A DNA stretch of 64,000 nt from Candidatus Poribacteria bacterium (GCA_965207975.1 OZ242315.1:6303322-6367321), one strand, 5' to 3'; shown: positions 25,006 to 35,416, counted from the first letter of the stretch. Translations and numbers: made by a program. The notes: a model not told the origin generated them from the sequence alone.

Positions 25006-25096
25006 GCTTATGTTAGGAAATGGTGTAACAGAAACCGAGTTTTCAAGAAAAAACTCGGTTTCTCTTCGCGTTTTACACTTTCTTTTTACATGAGCC
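25006..25096. repeat. Palindromic element family P, copy 3
   Basis: GCTTATGTTAGGAAATGGTGTAACAGAAACCGAGTTTTCAAGAAAAAACTCGGTTTCTCTTCGCGTTTTACACTTTCTTTTTACATGAGCC. Confidence 0.9.
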
Positions 25097-25124
25097 TTAC
25101 GTTTTATTTGAATGGAGTATAACC

Positions 25125-27194
25125 ATGCGAACTTTTGGCTCCAATGTGAATGGTTTCCACGACGTTTCAGACCAGATGATTGATAATCTGCGTCGCCGGG
25201 CAGAAGCGCACTTCCGTCGGCAGGAAGTAGAAAAAGCAGGGTTGACATCGATCGCTGCTTTTGAGGAGCACCGCAAACGGGTGCGCGATCACTTTATGAC
25301 CGCTATCGGTGGATTGCCCGAAGAACGTACGCCGTTGAACGTGCAATGCACGGGTAGCGTCGATCGCGGTGGATTTACAATCGAGAAGCTGATCTATGAG
25401 AGTCTGCCCGAATTTTACGTCACGGCTGCATTGTATGTCCCGAAAGGCATCGTCTGTCCCCAACCCGCCGTTGTTTTCGTGCATGGACATAGTGATCTTG
25501 GAAAGTCTTACCCGGTCTATCAGTCGGTGTGCGTTGACCTTGCTGCGAACGGCTTTGTCGTGCTTGCGGTCGATCCACCGGGTCAGGGTGAGCGATTTCA
25601 GTATTTCGATCCAGAGAAGGGTGAGCGAATTATTGGCGGTTGCACGACGGAGCACACCTACGCTGGACTACAATTTACACTCGGTGGTGCTAGCATCGGT
25701 CGGCATTTCATTTGGGACGTGATGCGCGGCATTGATTACTTGGAAACGCGCCCAGAGGTTGATCCGATGCGCATCGGCTTAACTGGCAATTCGGGTGGGG
25801 GCACCCAATCCTGCTTGCTAATGATGAGCGAACCACGCTTTGCGATATCTGTGCCGTGTACTTTCGTTATGACGTTGGAATCTTACATGAAAACGGGACA
25901 GGCGCAGGACAGCGAACAGATTGTGCCGGGCTGTTTCGTCAACGGACCTGACCATGACGATTATATCACCGCTATGGCCCCGAAGCCGGTGCTGGTCGGT
26001 GCGGCAGCTTATGACTACTTCCCAATTGAAGGCGCAATCGAAGCTGTGGATAGAGCCAAGCGGATCTATTCTCTCTACGGTGCCGAAGACAAAGTTGACA
26101 TCGCAATTGCCCCGACGCGGCATGAGTACTCCTCATATCTGCGTGAAGCGTGTGTCAACTGGTACAAGCGGCATTTTCGGGGTGAGTCGCCCGACTTTAC
26201 AACCGGCGAGCCGGAAACTTTGCCTGATGAGGCACTTTGGGCAACACCGAACGGTCAGGTCCTTGATCTGTATCCGAACAGCAAAACGGTGTTCAACCTC
26301 AACAGGGAACGCTTGGAAGTATCGCAGGCTCCCCAATTTGCTATTGACGGCAGTACAGGTCAGGAGGGGTGCGACACCGTCCAAATGCGCGAGACAATCA
26401 CGCAAGTTCTTGGGGTCCCGGAGGGGCGCAATCAAAAAATCTACCCTCGCATTGTCGCTGAAAATATCGTCGATGGTTACCAGACGGAGGAGATTTTTTT
26501 CTTCAGCGAACCCAATATGGTCGTCACAGGGACCTTCATTCACCCACTTGAAGGAACTGCCGTTAAACAGACCGACCTGATTCTGTTTGAGAATGGCACA
26601 AACGATAACCCCGACAAACGGGAATGGCTCGAAGCGCGGCTTGCATCTGGTCGACAGTTGTTTGTCTTTGACCCGCGTGGCATCGGCGGTGTGCAGGTGC
26701 GCCCGTTCAATCGGGGTGTTCATCCACATGACGGTGAATTTAAACTGGGCTCGGATGCTATGATGCTGGGTATCTCGACGATGGGGTTACGCGTCTTTGA
26801 CATCCTGCGTGGCTATGACTATCTCCGCACACGGGCAGATGTTGATCAGATTGGGCTATACGGAATTGGCAAAAGTGCACTTTACGCTTACTTTGTTGGG
26901 GCGTTAGAGGAAGGATTTGTATCCCTCGAATTTGAAGATTTACTTTACTCGTATCGCAATTTGACGGACACACGCTATTACGACCAAGAACGCTACGACC
27001 TTGAAGTGATGGCGTGGGGGCTCCTGCGACATTTTGATCTGGTGGAGTTGGCAGCGTGCTTTGGAAATCGGCCCGTCCAATGGGTTGCACCGAGAAATGC
27101 CAAAGGGGAAATTTTGACAGATGAAGTGTTTGATCGAGAATTTCTTGCTGTTGCGAGGGAGCGGGGATATTTGGGTGAAGGGACAAGGGCGTGA
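25125..27194 (+). CDS. Alpha/beta hydrolase (acetyl-xylan-esterase / prolyl-oligopeptidase-like)
   Basis: 689 aa. Nucleophile elbow GNSGGG (GxSxG) and an AXE1-like N-terminal region. Confidence 0.75.
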   Translation: MRTFGSNVNGFHDVSDQMIDNLRRRAEAHFRRQEVEKAGLTSIAAFEEHRKRVRDHFMTAIGGLPEERTPLNVQCTGSVDRGGFTIEKLIYESLPEFYVTAALYVPKGIVCPQPAVVFVHGHSDLGKSYPVYQSVCVDLAANGFVVLAVDPPGQGERFQYFDPEKGERIIGGCTTEHTYAGLQFTLGGASIGRHFIWDVMRGIDYLETRPEVDPMRIGLTGNSGGGTQSCLLMMSEPRFAISVPCTFVMTLESYMKTGQAQDSEQIVPGCFVNGPDHDDYITAMAPKPVLVGAAAYDYFPIEGAIEAVDRAKRIYSLYGAEDKVDIAIAPTRHEYSSYLREACVNWYKRHFRGESPDFTTGEPETLPDEALWATPNGQVLDLYPNSKTVFNLNRERLEVSQAPQFAIDGSTGQEGCDTVQMRETITQVLGVPEGRNQKIYPRIVAENIVDGYQTEEIFFFSEPNMVVTGTFIHPLEGTAVKQTDLILFENGTNDNPDKREWLEARLASGRQLFVFDPRGIGGVQVRPFNRGVHPHDGEFKLGSDAMMLGISTMGLRVFDILRGYDYLRTRADVDQIGLYGIGKSALYAYFVGALEEGFVSLEFEDLLYSYRNLTDTRYYDQERYDLEVMAWGLLRHFDLVELAACFGNRPVQWVAPRNAKGEILTDEVFDREFLAVARERGYLGEGTRA

Positions 27195-27366
27195 ATATTT
27201 CGACGAGAGATGAATACACCGAATAGAGGTTCGCTTTTTTGTTTTGTTATTGACGCTCGCTTAGGGGAATGTTATACTGCTTTGAATCGCTAAATTGAAA
27301 GTGGAAAGCTGCTGTCAGTCTTTTGCTGTACAAACGAATTCAGGGATTCCACGAAGCGGAGGGTGT

Positions 27367-29589
27367 ATGAACCGGAAGTTTATCCTGTTTTTAATCAGTC
27401 TTTTCCTGTTATGGGGATGCCAGTCCCAAGATCAGAATACACAGCCAACCTCGAAACCGAAACCCCAGCCAAAAAGCCCACCTGTCGTTCCTGTGGTGCC
27501 GCCTCGTCCCGAAGATTGGCCCATGTTCATGTACGATTTGCACTTTTCTGGTAGAAGCCCTGATCAAACACTCAAACCCCCGCTCCAGCTACTTTGGAAA
27601 TATAAAACTGGTGGCCCAATTCAAGCAAGTCCGGTTGTTGCCAACGGCACGGTGTACGTCGCCTCCACAGACCATTGGCTTTACGCGCTCGACGCAAAGC
27701 AATGGGGAATCAAATGGAGGTTCAAAGCGGGTGGTATAATCCGATACGCGCCAGCAGTCTGGAATAACCGTGTCTATTTTAGTGCGCGAAACAACCATGT
27801 TTACGCTCTCAATGCCGAAACCGGTGAATGGCTTTGGGAATTCCGATCGGGAACGTGGATGGATTCTCCGCCGATCTTGTCGAAGGGAAGGCTGTATATT
27901 GGGGCGTATACCAAGAAGATCCACGTTATTAATGCGACAACCGGTGAACTAGAATCGCAGCCACAGGGACGAGTATATATTGATGGGATTGAATACGTCT
28001 GTTCTCAAGGACAGCTGCGTCCCATCTCACCACAGCATAACGTCAACGCTTGGCGAGAGCTCACACCGCTAACTTACAGCTACCCCGCAACCGCCAACGG
28101 TGTGGTGTATATCGGTGCGCGGGACAATCAGATTCATGCCCTAGATATTGAATCGCGTGAAGAGATCTGGTCTTATCGGACGAAAGGTTTTATTGATGCT
28201 GCGCCCGCTATTTCCGACGGAGTACTTTATGTGACTTCGGATGATGGGTATGTATATGCCTTTACCAATCAGGAAGGTGAGGATCCTCAAGTCCTACCAC
28301 AGGAAAGTACTGCCCAAACCTCGCCGGAGGAACGTCCAATCGGCACGGTGGTGCGAGATCAAGCTCCCGTTTATACGGAAAGGGATGCAGAATCTCCTAT
28401 CAAACTGACTCTCAATGACGGAGTGGCTCTTCCAATTTTGAATCAAACAGAGGGGTGGTATGAGATTGAACTTCCAAACGGCGAGGTGGGTTGGATGGAT
28501 GAGAGCGGGTTGGGTGTGTTTGTAGAGACGGATGACATCCATTTCAATACAGCAATCTGTAAGTACAATCGGACATTGGCACTGATTCAAGGGGCGGAAT
28601 ATCCCCACTGGTCTCCTCGTGGAAAAAGGCTTGCATTTTTGAAGCGGACCAACCTGTCCGGGCAGTATTGGCAGGCGAGCGAGCTTTGGATTTCTGATGC
28701 TTGGGCAAAGCAAGCTCGGCCGTTGCATAAAGGTGTCTTTTTCAATCCCCATCTTTCGTGGTCGCTTGATTCTAATTTTATTGCCTTTGAGGCTTACGAT
28801 GAGTCGAATGAGAGTTACATCTGGGCAATTGATTGGCAAACGTTGCGCCTGATTAAGTTAGTCCGAGGCGACGCGCCCGCCTGGTCCCCAACCGCCAATC
28901 AAATTGCATTTAGACGTTGGGAAGATGGGACAGATGTCGTTTATCGGATTAATATCGACAAAACGGGGCTTACGGCAATGGCGCGAGTTCCAATTGATGG
29001 ACGGATTGTACCGTTCAGCTATTTAGATCCGCCGTTGTGGTCTCCCGATGGCAAGCGTATCGCAGTTGGGCTAGACCACCAGCATTATCAGTCTGGGCAT
29101 TCTCGGATTCGGATCCATAATGTGGATGGAACCAAGTTCGGGGAGATTCCTACCCAATCTCAGCGTGTTACAGAGATCGCATGGTCGCCGGATGGTTCGC
29201 ATCTAGCTTACGTGCTTCGGGGCAATCCAACACCGGATCCTGCACTTGATAAACAGCTGCATATTGTCAATGTTTCCGCAATGTCGTCCGCTAATACTGC
29301 GGGTAGCACGCAGATTCTGAAGCATACTTCTCCGTCATGGTCGCCGCAAGGAAATCGGCTCGCATATATGGAACGTGAGGATTGTATGGGGCTGCGTTGG
29401 AAAGTATGGATTCTGGACCGGGATACGAATCGGACCCTGCCGGTGGCGCGGACAACACTCTCTTTGACTGCTGTTACTTGGTTGCCGGATGGCCAACGCC
29501 TGTGTTTATGGCATACGTCAGAGTATTTGCGCGGTGGAGAGTACAAACCTGCCAAGACGAGAGGCTGGATTGTGGAAATCAATCAATGA
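27367..29589 (+). CDS. Lipoprotein with PQQ-like beta-propeller, SH3-like and TolB/PD40-like propeller domains
   Basis: Track ORF starts at 27295. The ATG at 27367 gives MNRKFILFLISLFLLWGC (lipobox). Repeated G.VYV.S.D..LYALD blocks (PQQ-type). WSPDG/WSPxG repeats in the C-terminal half. Confidence 0.8.
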   Translation: MNRKFILFLISLFLLWGCQSQDQNTQPTSKPKPQPKSPPVVPVVPPRPEDWPMFMYDLHFSGRSPDQTLKPPLQLLWKYKTGGPIQASPVVANGTVYVASTDHWLYALDAKQWGIKWRFKAGGIIRYAPAVWNNRVYFSARNNHVYALNAETGEWLWEFRSGTWMDSPPILSKGRLYIGAYTKKIHVINATTGELESQPQGRVYIDGIEYVCSQGQLRPISPQHNVNAWRELTPLTYSYPATANGVVYIGARDNQIHALDIESREEIWSYRTKGFIDAAPAISDGVLYVTSDDGYVYAFTNQEGEDPQVLPQESTAQTSPEERPIGTVVRDQAPVYTERDAESPIKLTLNDGVALPILNQTEGWYEIELPNGEVGWMDESGLGVFVETDDIHFNTAICKYNRTLALIQGAEYPHWSPRGKRLAFLKRTNLSGQYWQASELWISDAWAKQARPLHKGVFFNPHLSWSLDSNFIAFEAYDESNESYIWAIDWQTLRLIKLVRGDAPAWSPTANQIAFRRWEDGTDVVYRINIDKTGLTAMARVPIDGRIVPFSYLDPPLWSPDGKRIAVGLDHQHYQSGHSRIRIHNVDGTKFGEIPTQSQRVTEIAWSPDGSHLAYVLRGNPTPDPALDKQLHIVNVSAMSSANTAGSTQILKHTSPSWSPQGNRLAYMEREDCMGLRWKVWILDRDTNRTLPVARTTLSLTAVTWLPDGQRLCLWHTSEYLRGGEYKPAKTRGWIVEINQ

Positions 29590-29644
29590 GCAGATTGTGG
29601 GCGATCTAAGGACTCAGCAACTCCGGTGACGGAAAGGAATCACA

Positions 29645-30712
29645 ATGAAACAACTCATCTTTGATGACATCTACAGTTGGTCAATTTTTAGCGATATGCG
29701 TCAAGTTGATTTCAACGGGCATTTATGGATTCGTCCGGAGGGCAACATTCTCATAGATCCTGTCCCAATGATTGATTCGGATTTGAACCAGTTTGATAAA
29801 CTTGGTGGTGCGTGGCTAATCGTGCTTACTAATGCTGACCATGAACGGGAAGCGGAGTTCTTTCGGCAACGCACCGGGGCGGATATTGTCATCCACGAGG
29901 CGGATGCGGCTGCGTTAGAGGTTGCGGCGGACCGTCAAATCATTGATGGTGAAGAGATTGTGCCGGGGTTGAAGGCAATCCATCTACCTTACGGAAAGAG
30001 TCCGGGTGAGATCGCGCTCTACTTCCCGGAAAAGCGTGCGGTGCTGTCGGGCGATCTCATTGTTGGATCCCCGATTGGCTCGTTGACGCTGCTAGCAGAT
30101 GAGAAGTTAGCGGATCCACCGAAAGCGGCGTTGGAACTGCGAAAAATCCTCGCTTTGCCCTTTGACGCGATTTTGGTTGGAGATGGTCACTCAATTCTTC
30201 AAGATGGTCGGCAGCGATTGACTGAATGCCTCCAGCGACGCACAGATATTTACATTAATCGGATCAATATTGATGAAATTGACTGGGTTAAACGCGATGC
30301 CCCCGAACCCTACGACTTTGAGGATAAAGACATAGATCCACTCATTGGGGCGCAGTTGTTGGGATATCGGCTCATCCGCTTACAGCCCAATAACGCTAGT
30401 TTCCCGATGCACTTCCATCATTTTAGCGAAGAGATGTTCTATGTGATGGAGGGGTCGTGTACCCTCAAAACCCCGCGGGGCGACGTGACGATTACAACAG
30501 GTGATTTTATTGCCTTTCCGCCGGGGGAGGCGGGTGCCCACAAAATAGTCAATACGGGAGCGGCACCGTGCACGGTGCTGGCGGTGGGGATGAATCAACC
30601 ACACGGTGTCAGCGAGTATCCTGATTCAAATAAAGTCTTCCCTTATGTTTCTGGCCGGTTGTTCCGCAAAGATGATAATGTGAGTTATTGGAATGGTGAG
30701 ATAGAAGAATAA
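29645..30712 (+). CDS. MBL-fold-like hydrolase domain fused to a cupin domain
   Basis: 355 aa. N-terminal LIVLTNADHERE and HLPYGKSPGE resemble the beta-lactamase fold. The C-terminal part is cupin_2-like: PMHFHHFSEEMFYVMEG...GDFIAFPPGEAGAHKIVN. Confidence 0.65.
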   Translation: MKQLIFDDIYSWSIFSDMRQVDFNGHLWIRPEGNILIDPVPMIDSDLNQFDKLGGAWLIVLTNADHEREAEFFRQRTGADIVIHEADAAALEVAADRQIIDGEEIVPGLKAIHLPYGKSPGEIALYFPEKRAVLSGDLIVGSPIGSLTLLADEKLADPPKAALELRKILALPFDAILVGDGHSILQDGRQRLTECLQRRTDIYINRINIDEIDWVKRDAPEPYDFEDKDIDPLIGAQLLGYRLIRLQPNNASFPMHFHHFSEEMFYVMEGSCTLKTPRGDVTITTGDFIAFPPGEAGAHKIVNTGAAPCTVLAVGMNQPHGVSEYPDSNKVFPYVSGRLFRKDDNVSYWNGEIEE

Positions 30713-30740
30713 GCAGCTATTCAAAATGTTTCAAGGGTTG

Positions 30741-30831
30741 GCTCATGTTAAGAAACCGTGCAACAGAAACCGAGTTTTGAAGAAAAAACTCGGTTTCTCT
30801 GTGCACTTTGCACTTTCTTTTGACATGAGCC
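30741..30831. repeat. Palindromic element family P, copy 4 (best-formed)
   Basis: GCTCATGTTAAGAAACCGTGCAACAGAAACCGAGTTTTGAAGAAAAAACTCGGTTTCTCTGTGCACTTTGCACTTTCTTTTGACATGAGCC. The arms pair along almost the whole length. Confidence 0.9.
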
Positions 30832-30868
30832 CAAGAGCTTTAATCTGTGAAAGGCTAGTTGTTATAAG

Positions 30869-31159
30869 TCATGTGTTGCGTTCCGTTTTGTCCATTGGCT
30901 GTGCGGAGAGATCGGTTCGCGGGGGAATATCCCACGAGATATGACCACATACCGGACACTCGAGTTCTGCTTCAACAAGATTCCTAAACTTTCCTGTTTT
31001 TCGCGGTTTTCGTTGGGTGTTGCACTGTGGGCAGCGAACAGATCGTAAATCGTAAGATTCACCGCGCCCGAAACGGGTTAAGAGATAGAAAAGTCCCCCA
31101 ATCGCTCCCACGATAGCAATACAGCAGAGGATAAAAAGTAGAAAAGGGACAATCTCCAT
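30869..31159 (-). CDS. Small membrane-anchored zinc-ribbon protein
   Basis: 96 aa. N-terminal TM helix (VPFLLFILCCIAIVGAIGGLFYLL) and two CxxC pairs (CPQC, CPVC). The start is 5 nt after the stop of the upstream disrupted gene. Confidence 0.5.
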   Translation of the reverse strand: MEIVPFLLFILCCIAIVGAIGGLFYLLTRFGRGESYDLRSVRCPQCNTQRKPRKTGKFRNLVEAELECPVCGHISWDIPPRTDLSAQPMDKTERNT

Positions 31160-31163
31160 TCTC

Positions 31164-32749
31164 TCAAACCTTCTGTAAGTGCAGTACGCTCAAGCCGTAA
31201 ACAATCACGCTTGGGATTGTGAAGTGAATCCGCTCACCAAGCGTTTCGTGAGGTAGGGTAGCCGATTCGTCCTTCTCCGGATAGAGCCACTCGACCTTAT
31301 TTACTAGGCAGCCCCTCGGCACCTTACACGCTACTTGAACGGGATCTGTTGGTTGCGGTGTTTCAATGTCCCCATCCTCATCTTGCCGATAATTGACCCA
31401 GTGCAGCACCAAAGCATCATGCTCTTCGGGCATCCAAGCGCGTACCCGAACAAACCAAGGCGCGTCGGTTTCCAAGTACACTTCCCCAAGTAAATCTTCC
31501 AAATCCCTCAGAAAGCCTTGTCCGAAGGAATCATTCTCTAAGGAGGGATATACCGGTAGTTGTACACCAGCTTGGACTTCCACCGAATCGGGTTCCCATT
31601 GTCCCTCCGCGACATAGCACACATTCTCCGGTTTTGTACCCTGGCGGTCCTCCTCGGCTAGCGTCCAACCTGCTAACAACTCTTCCGGGTGGGGTTGTCC
31701 GTCAAGTTGATGTTTTCCAGTGTCCCCTGTAAAGACGAGTTTTCCACCATTTTTGACGAACTGCTTGAGGCGTGCGCCCTCCTGTGGGGATAGACGTTTT
31801 ACGTCGGGCAGGATGAGCGTATCGTAGTTAGTGGCGCGATCGAGGAGTTGTTCATCGAGAATAACGTCGAAGAGCAGATGCCTGCCCTCCAACAACCGAC
31901 CAATCCGCTTGAGCGGTTCTAGACAATCCGATTCGTCTTCTAATTCAGCGCGGCGCGGATAGACCAGTGCTAGCTGCGCCCAGGGTTGGGCCGGATGTAG
32001 AAGGGTTTCATGATCGGCGAGAAAACGTTGATACCGGATAACGGGGGCGTAGTAATCCTCCACAGCAAAATCCGGGTTTTCATCATAGCCCCAATGATAT
32101 GCGAGTGCTGCGGCATGGTTTGCTGCGGCTTCGGCAATCGACAGTCGCAAGCGACGAAAATCGTATTTGTTAATTACAAAAGGTTTGCCGCCGCCAGCCG
32201 CATAGATGAACCGAGCGGGCAGCCCCATATCCGCTAGATAACCGTGCTTGATGAAACTCATCCCCTTATATCCGCCCTGACTGTACCAGATATAATCCTC
32301 ATCTCTTGCCCATAGCCCACTCGGTAGAAGGCTGCGCTCGTCATGAGGCATGAAATCGTACTTGTGATACCACTGCGCTAACAGGAGATCTGGCTTCAGC
32401 GAGCGGCCATACGTGATGTATATCTCGTCCAGTGCCTCTTTGCGGCGCAGGTGGGTTGCACGATTGAGGGTTAGCTGAAACCGTTGTCGTAGATCTTCTG
32501 GACATTCTGAGGAGGGGGTTAAGTAATCTGTGACTTCGGTGAGGTTGTGCCCCCCAAAAATCCGTCGCAGGGCGGTAGTGTCGAAGGCTTCCTGTAGTTT
32601 GTCTCGCACATAATTTTGGCAATAGCCGCACCGACAAAAATTCTCGAAGTTATGATGCACATTGAATCCGTCTATCCCCAAGTCGATGGCTTTTTTTACC
32701 ATCGGCTTCAGGGTGGCAAGCCAGTGCGGATTACACATGCAACCGCTAT
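31164..32749 (-). pseudogene. C-terminal part of an IS-disrupted gene (unknown enzyme, possibly glycoside-hydrolase-like)
   Basis: Track ORF 31164..32738 (524 aa). The frame stays open upstream to the IS boundary (..TYSGCMCNPHW..) and joins the N-terminal fragment in frame once the IS and one TSD copy are removed. Confidence 0.8.
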
Positions 32750-32754
32750 AGGTT

Positions 32755-33678
32755 AACGCAAGTTGCTAGTTGAATATCCATGGAATTTCCGTTAGAGTAT
32801 TTGTGTCTCAAACAAAACTCTTAAAACAGGAGAATCCCATGGACTTAGTAATCGTAGCATTTTATACACTTTGTGACGATCTGTTAATTGAACACGGATA
32901 TCAAGACGACCCAAGAGCCAAAATGTCTGCCGCAGAAGTAATGACCACTGCCTTAGTGGCAGCAGAACTGTTCGGTGGCAATCAACAGATGGCACGGTGT
33001 CTACTCAAAGAGCAGGGATATATTCCCAATATGCTCAGTAAGGCACGATTCAATCGAAGACTCCATCAAATTGCACCGATGTTTCAGACACTTTTTGAAT
33101 CACTTGCCACAGACTGTAAAGCACAAAACCCAGACCAACTCTATATCATCGACTCGTATCCCGTGCCAGTGTGTGATGTGATTCGCATCTCTAGTGCAAA
33201 ACTTTATCAAGGGGAAGTCTGGCGCGGGATGATAGCCAGTAAACGGAGATACTTCTATGGACTCAAACTGCATCTGATGGTCACCGAGTCTGGCATACCG
33301 GTTGAGTTTTTCTTAACACCGGGCAGTTTTAGTGATGTTCGGGGGTTGCGGTGTTATCCGTTTGATTTACCTCAAGGGGCAACCATTTATGCAGATAAAG
33401 CCTACTGCAATTATGGGATTGAAGATGCCTTAGCTGAAGCCGGTATCATGCTCAAACCGTTGCGAAAAAAGAACAGCAAACGGCAATATCAAGCCCACGA
33501 AGTTTACATACACCATCACCACAGGAAGCGGATAGAGGTGACAAACAGTTTAATCACCCAACGGCTACCCCGCTCTATTCATGCCGTCACTGCCGATGGG
33601 TTTGAGATTAAGATTATTTTGTTTCTCATTGCTACTATGATTACACTTATCATTAAATAAACACTAGCAACTTGCGTT
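32755..33678 (+). mobile_element. IS982-family insertion sequence (924 bp)
   Basis: Perfect 16-bp terminal inverted repeats AACGCAAGTTGCTAGT (32755..32770) and ACTAGCAACTTGCGTT (33663..33678), flanked by a 5-bp direct repeat AGGTT (32750..32754 and 33679..33683). Single DDE transposase ORF. Confidence 0.88.
32839..33660 (+). CDS. IS982-family DDE transposase
   Basis: ATG at 32839 preceded by AGGAGA. MDLVIVAFYTLCDDLL N-terminus, IIDSYPVPVC, YADKAYCNY and RIEVTNSLI are typical of IS982/IS4-like transposases. The track start at 32770 is a TTG inside the IR. Confidence 0.85.
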   Translation: MDLVIVAFYTLCDDLLIEHGYQDDPRAKMSAAEVMTTALVAAELFGGNQQMARCLLKEQGYIPNMLSKARFNRRLHQIAPMFQTLFESLATDCKAQNPDQLYIIDSYPVPVCDVIRISSAKLYQGEVWRGMIASKRRYFYGLKLHLMVTESGIPVEFFLTPGSFSDVRGLRCYPFDLPQGATIYADKAYCNYGIEDALAEAGIMLKPLRKKNSKRQYQAHEVYIHHHHRKRIEVTNSLITQRLPRSIHAVTADGFEIKIILFLIATMITLIIK

Positions 33679-34126
33679 AGGTTAGATACGGACGACCTTC
33701 GATGTCCCATCGGCGCAATGTCCCGTCTGCGAGTCGTTGTTGGGTATCCTCCGCGCTAGCACAGGGGGCAGCTCCTAGAAGATCGTCCGTCCAGATTCGT
33801 TCCCACGCACCAAACAGCCCCTGTCCTTTTTCGTGGTTTCCATAGTTCCATGCCATGCTCATCTGTCCTACAACCCGTGCGCCGGCTTCTTGGAGTTGGG
33901 GGATGAGTTCTGCTGCACAAGCAAGGTTTTCTCTTATGCCAACTAGCGGCATCCCCACCCAGTGGCGATTAACTTCGGGGTCGTCTGCCAAACTGTAGAA
34001 CATTGGTCCAAAGGTTCCCACCTGCACAACTTGCAGTTTTGCCCTTCTCACATGATCCACTAGATCTAACCGCTGTGGGATACTCCAATGTTCAGCCATG
34101 CGATTAAACCAGAAATTTTCTGCCAT
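33679..34126 (-). pseudogene. N-terminal part of the IS-disrupted gene
   Basis: ATG at 34126 preceded by a perfect AAGGAGG RBS (MAENFWFNRMAEHW...RWDIEGRPYLT). The frame is terminated by a TAA at the IS/TSD junction (33677..33679). Confidence 0.8.
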
Positions 34127-34180
34127 GTTTCCTCCTTGACTAGACTGTATCTCCAGACACCTATTCGCACTTTGCACCGT

Positions 34181-35416
34181 CTATGCGAGTGCTTCGAGCA
34201 GGCGGGAGACATCTTCTTGGTTATTGTAGACGGAAGGAGAGATTCGCATCTTGTTGCCGTGGCGCATCGCTACATGAACGCCGGCGTTTCTGAGTTTCGC
34301 CATTGTCTCCGCTGGATCCGGTGCGGCAAAAGTTATAATGGGGCTTTCGTTTCCCTTGGGGGTGATAGTAGGGTAGCCGAGGGCGGGGAGTTCCTCCATC
34401 AGCCGATCGGTGAGGGTGCGTACATGGTTGCGAATATTGTGAACACCCAACCGGAGAATATACTTCAGGCTCTCTTGGGCGCAGATGGCACCCTCGTAGG
34501 ACGGATAACTAACTTCGTAACAGGTGGGACCGGGGGTTGGTGTAAAGACGTACTCCGTGATATCTGGGTCAGGTTCTCCCACCCAAGGCGGGTAATTAAA
34601 ACTTATACCTCCGCAGTGTTGGGTGGGCTTCACCACGGTTCCTTGGAGGTCTGAGCGCACGTAGAGGAAACCGAACCCCTTGACACCCATGAGCCACTTA
34701 AAGGTAGAACAGGCAGCGAAGTCGATGCCCATCGCTTGTACATCGACTGGCACAGCCCCTACGCCTTGAATAATATCGACATAGAGATAAGCACCGTGTG
34801 CATGGGCAAGATCGCTGATAGCCTTCACGTCCGAGAGGTAGCCGTTGACGTTAGAAACCAATGTGATCGAGACCAGTTTGGTGTTGTGATCAATCGCCCG
34901 TTCCATGTCGTGGTAGTTGATCTGCCAATCGCGGTGTTTAACGATGCGGAGGCTATCATCGTCCCCAACACACGAGCGCGCGGAGGCTTTTTCCCGCATT
35001 TTGTAGTTGTAGAGCGACGCGCCGTAGTGTAGGTCATGGGTGACAATGTTGCCACCGGCGAGGTGCTCCTGCATACCGTTGAGTAGATTGCTCTCCGCTT
35101 CGACGGCGCTGCGGGCAAAGGCGATATCTTCCACTTGAGCATTGATGAGTTTGGCGAAGAGACGTTTGGATTCGTCTCGTGGTGCTGCCCAAGGGGGCCA
35201 CCACGGCTCGCCGACCTCGTGTGCTACCCAATCAACATAGCGGTGCAGGGCTGCGGCAGAATGAACACTGAGTGGGTGTGATGAGGCGTTATCGAAGTAT
35301 GCGGCGGTTTTTGCTCGCGGAAAATCGTTGCGGACTGCGTCGAAGTCGGTTTTTTCCGCCGAGGATGTAACGGATGCCGGCTGCTCGTCTATAGAAGAGA
35401 CTTGGTGATGGTTCAT
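34181..35416 (-). CDS. Class-V PLP-dependent aminotransferase / cysteine-desulfurase-like enzyme
   Basis: 411 aa. VDIIQGVGAVPVD and PLP-lysine motif ACSTFKWLMG. Confidence 0.85.
   Translation of the reverse strand: MNHHQVSSIDEQPASVTSSAEKTDFDAVRNDFPRAKTAAYFDNASSHPLSVHSAAALHRYVDWVAHEVGEPWWPPWAAPRDESKRLFAKLINAQVEDIAFARSAVEAESNLLNGMQEHLAGGNIVTHDLHYGASLYNYKMREKASARSCVGDDDSLRIVKHRDWQINYHDMERAIDHNTKLVSITLVSNVNGYLSDVKAISDLAHAHGAYLYVDIIQGVGAVPVDVQAMGIDFAACSTFKWLMGVKGFGFLYVRSDLQGTVVKPTQHCGGISFNYPPWVGEPDPDITEYVFTPTPGPTCYEVSYPSYEGAICAQESLKYILRLGVHNIRNHVRTLTDRLMEELPALGYPTITPKGNESPIITFAAPDPAETMAKLRNAGVHVAMRHGNKMRISPSVYNNQEDVSRLLEALA

Noticed and set aside
25921-26729. Alternative-frame and antisense ORFs (219 aa plus strand, 198 aa minus strand) within the alpha/beta hydrolase gene
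   Set aside because: The 689-aa frame carries the GxSxG nucleophile and a continuous hydrolase-like sequence. The alternatives have biased composition and no motifs.
32770-32838. TTG start of the transposase ORF given by the track
   Set aside because: The TTG lies inside the terminal inverted repeat. The ATG at 32839 has an AGGAGA RBS and begins at the conserved IS982-type N-terminus.
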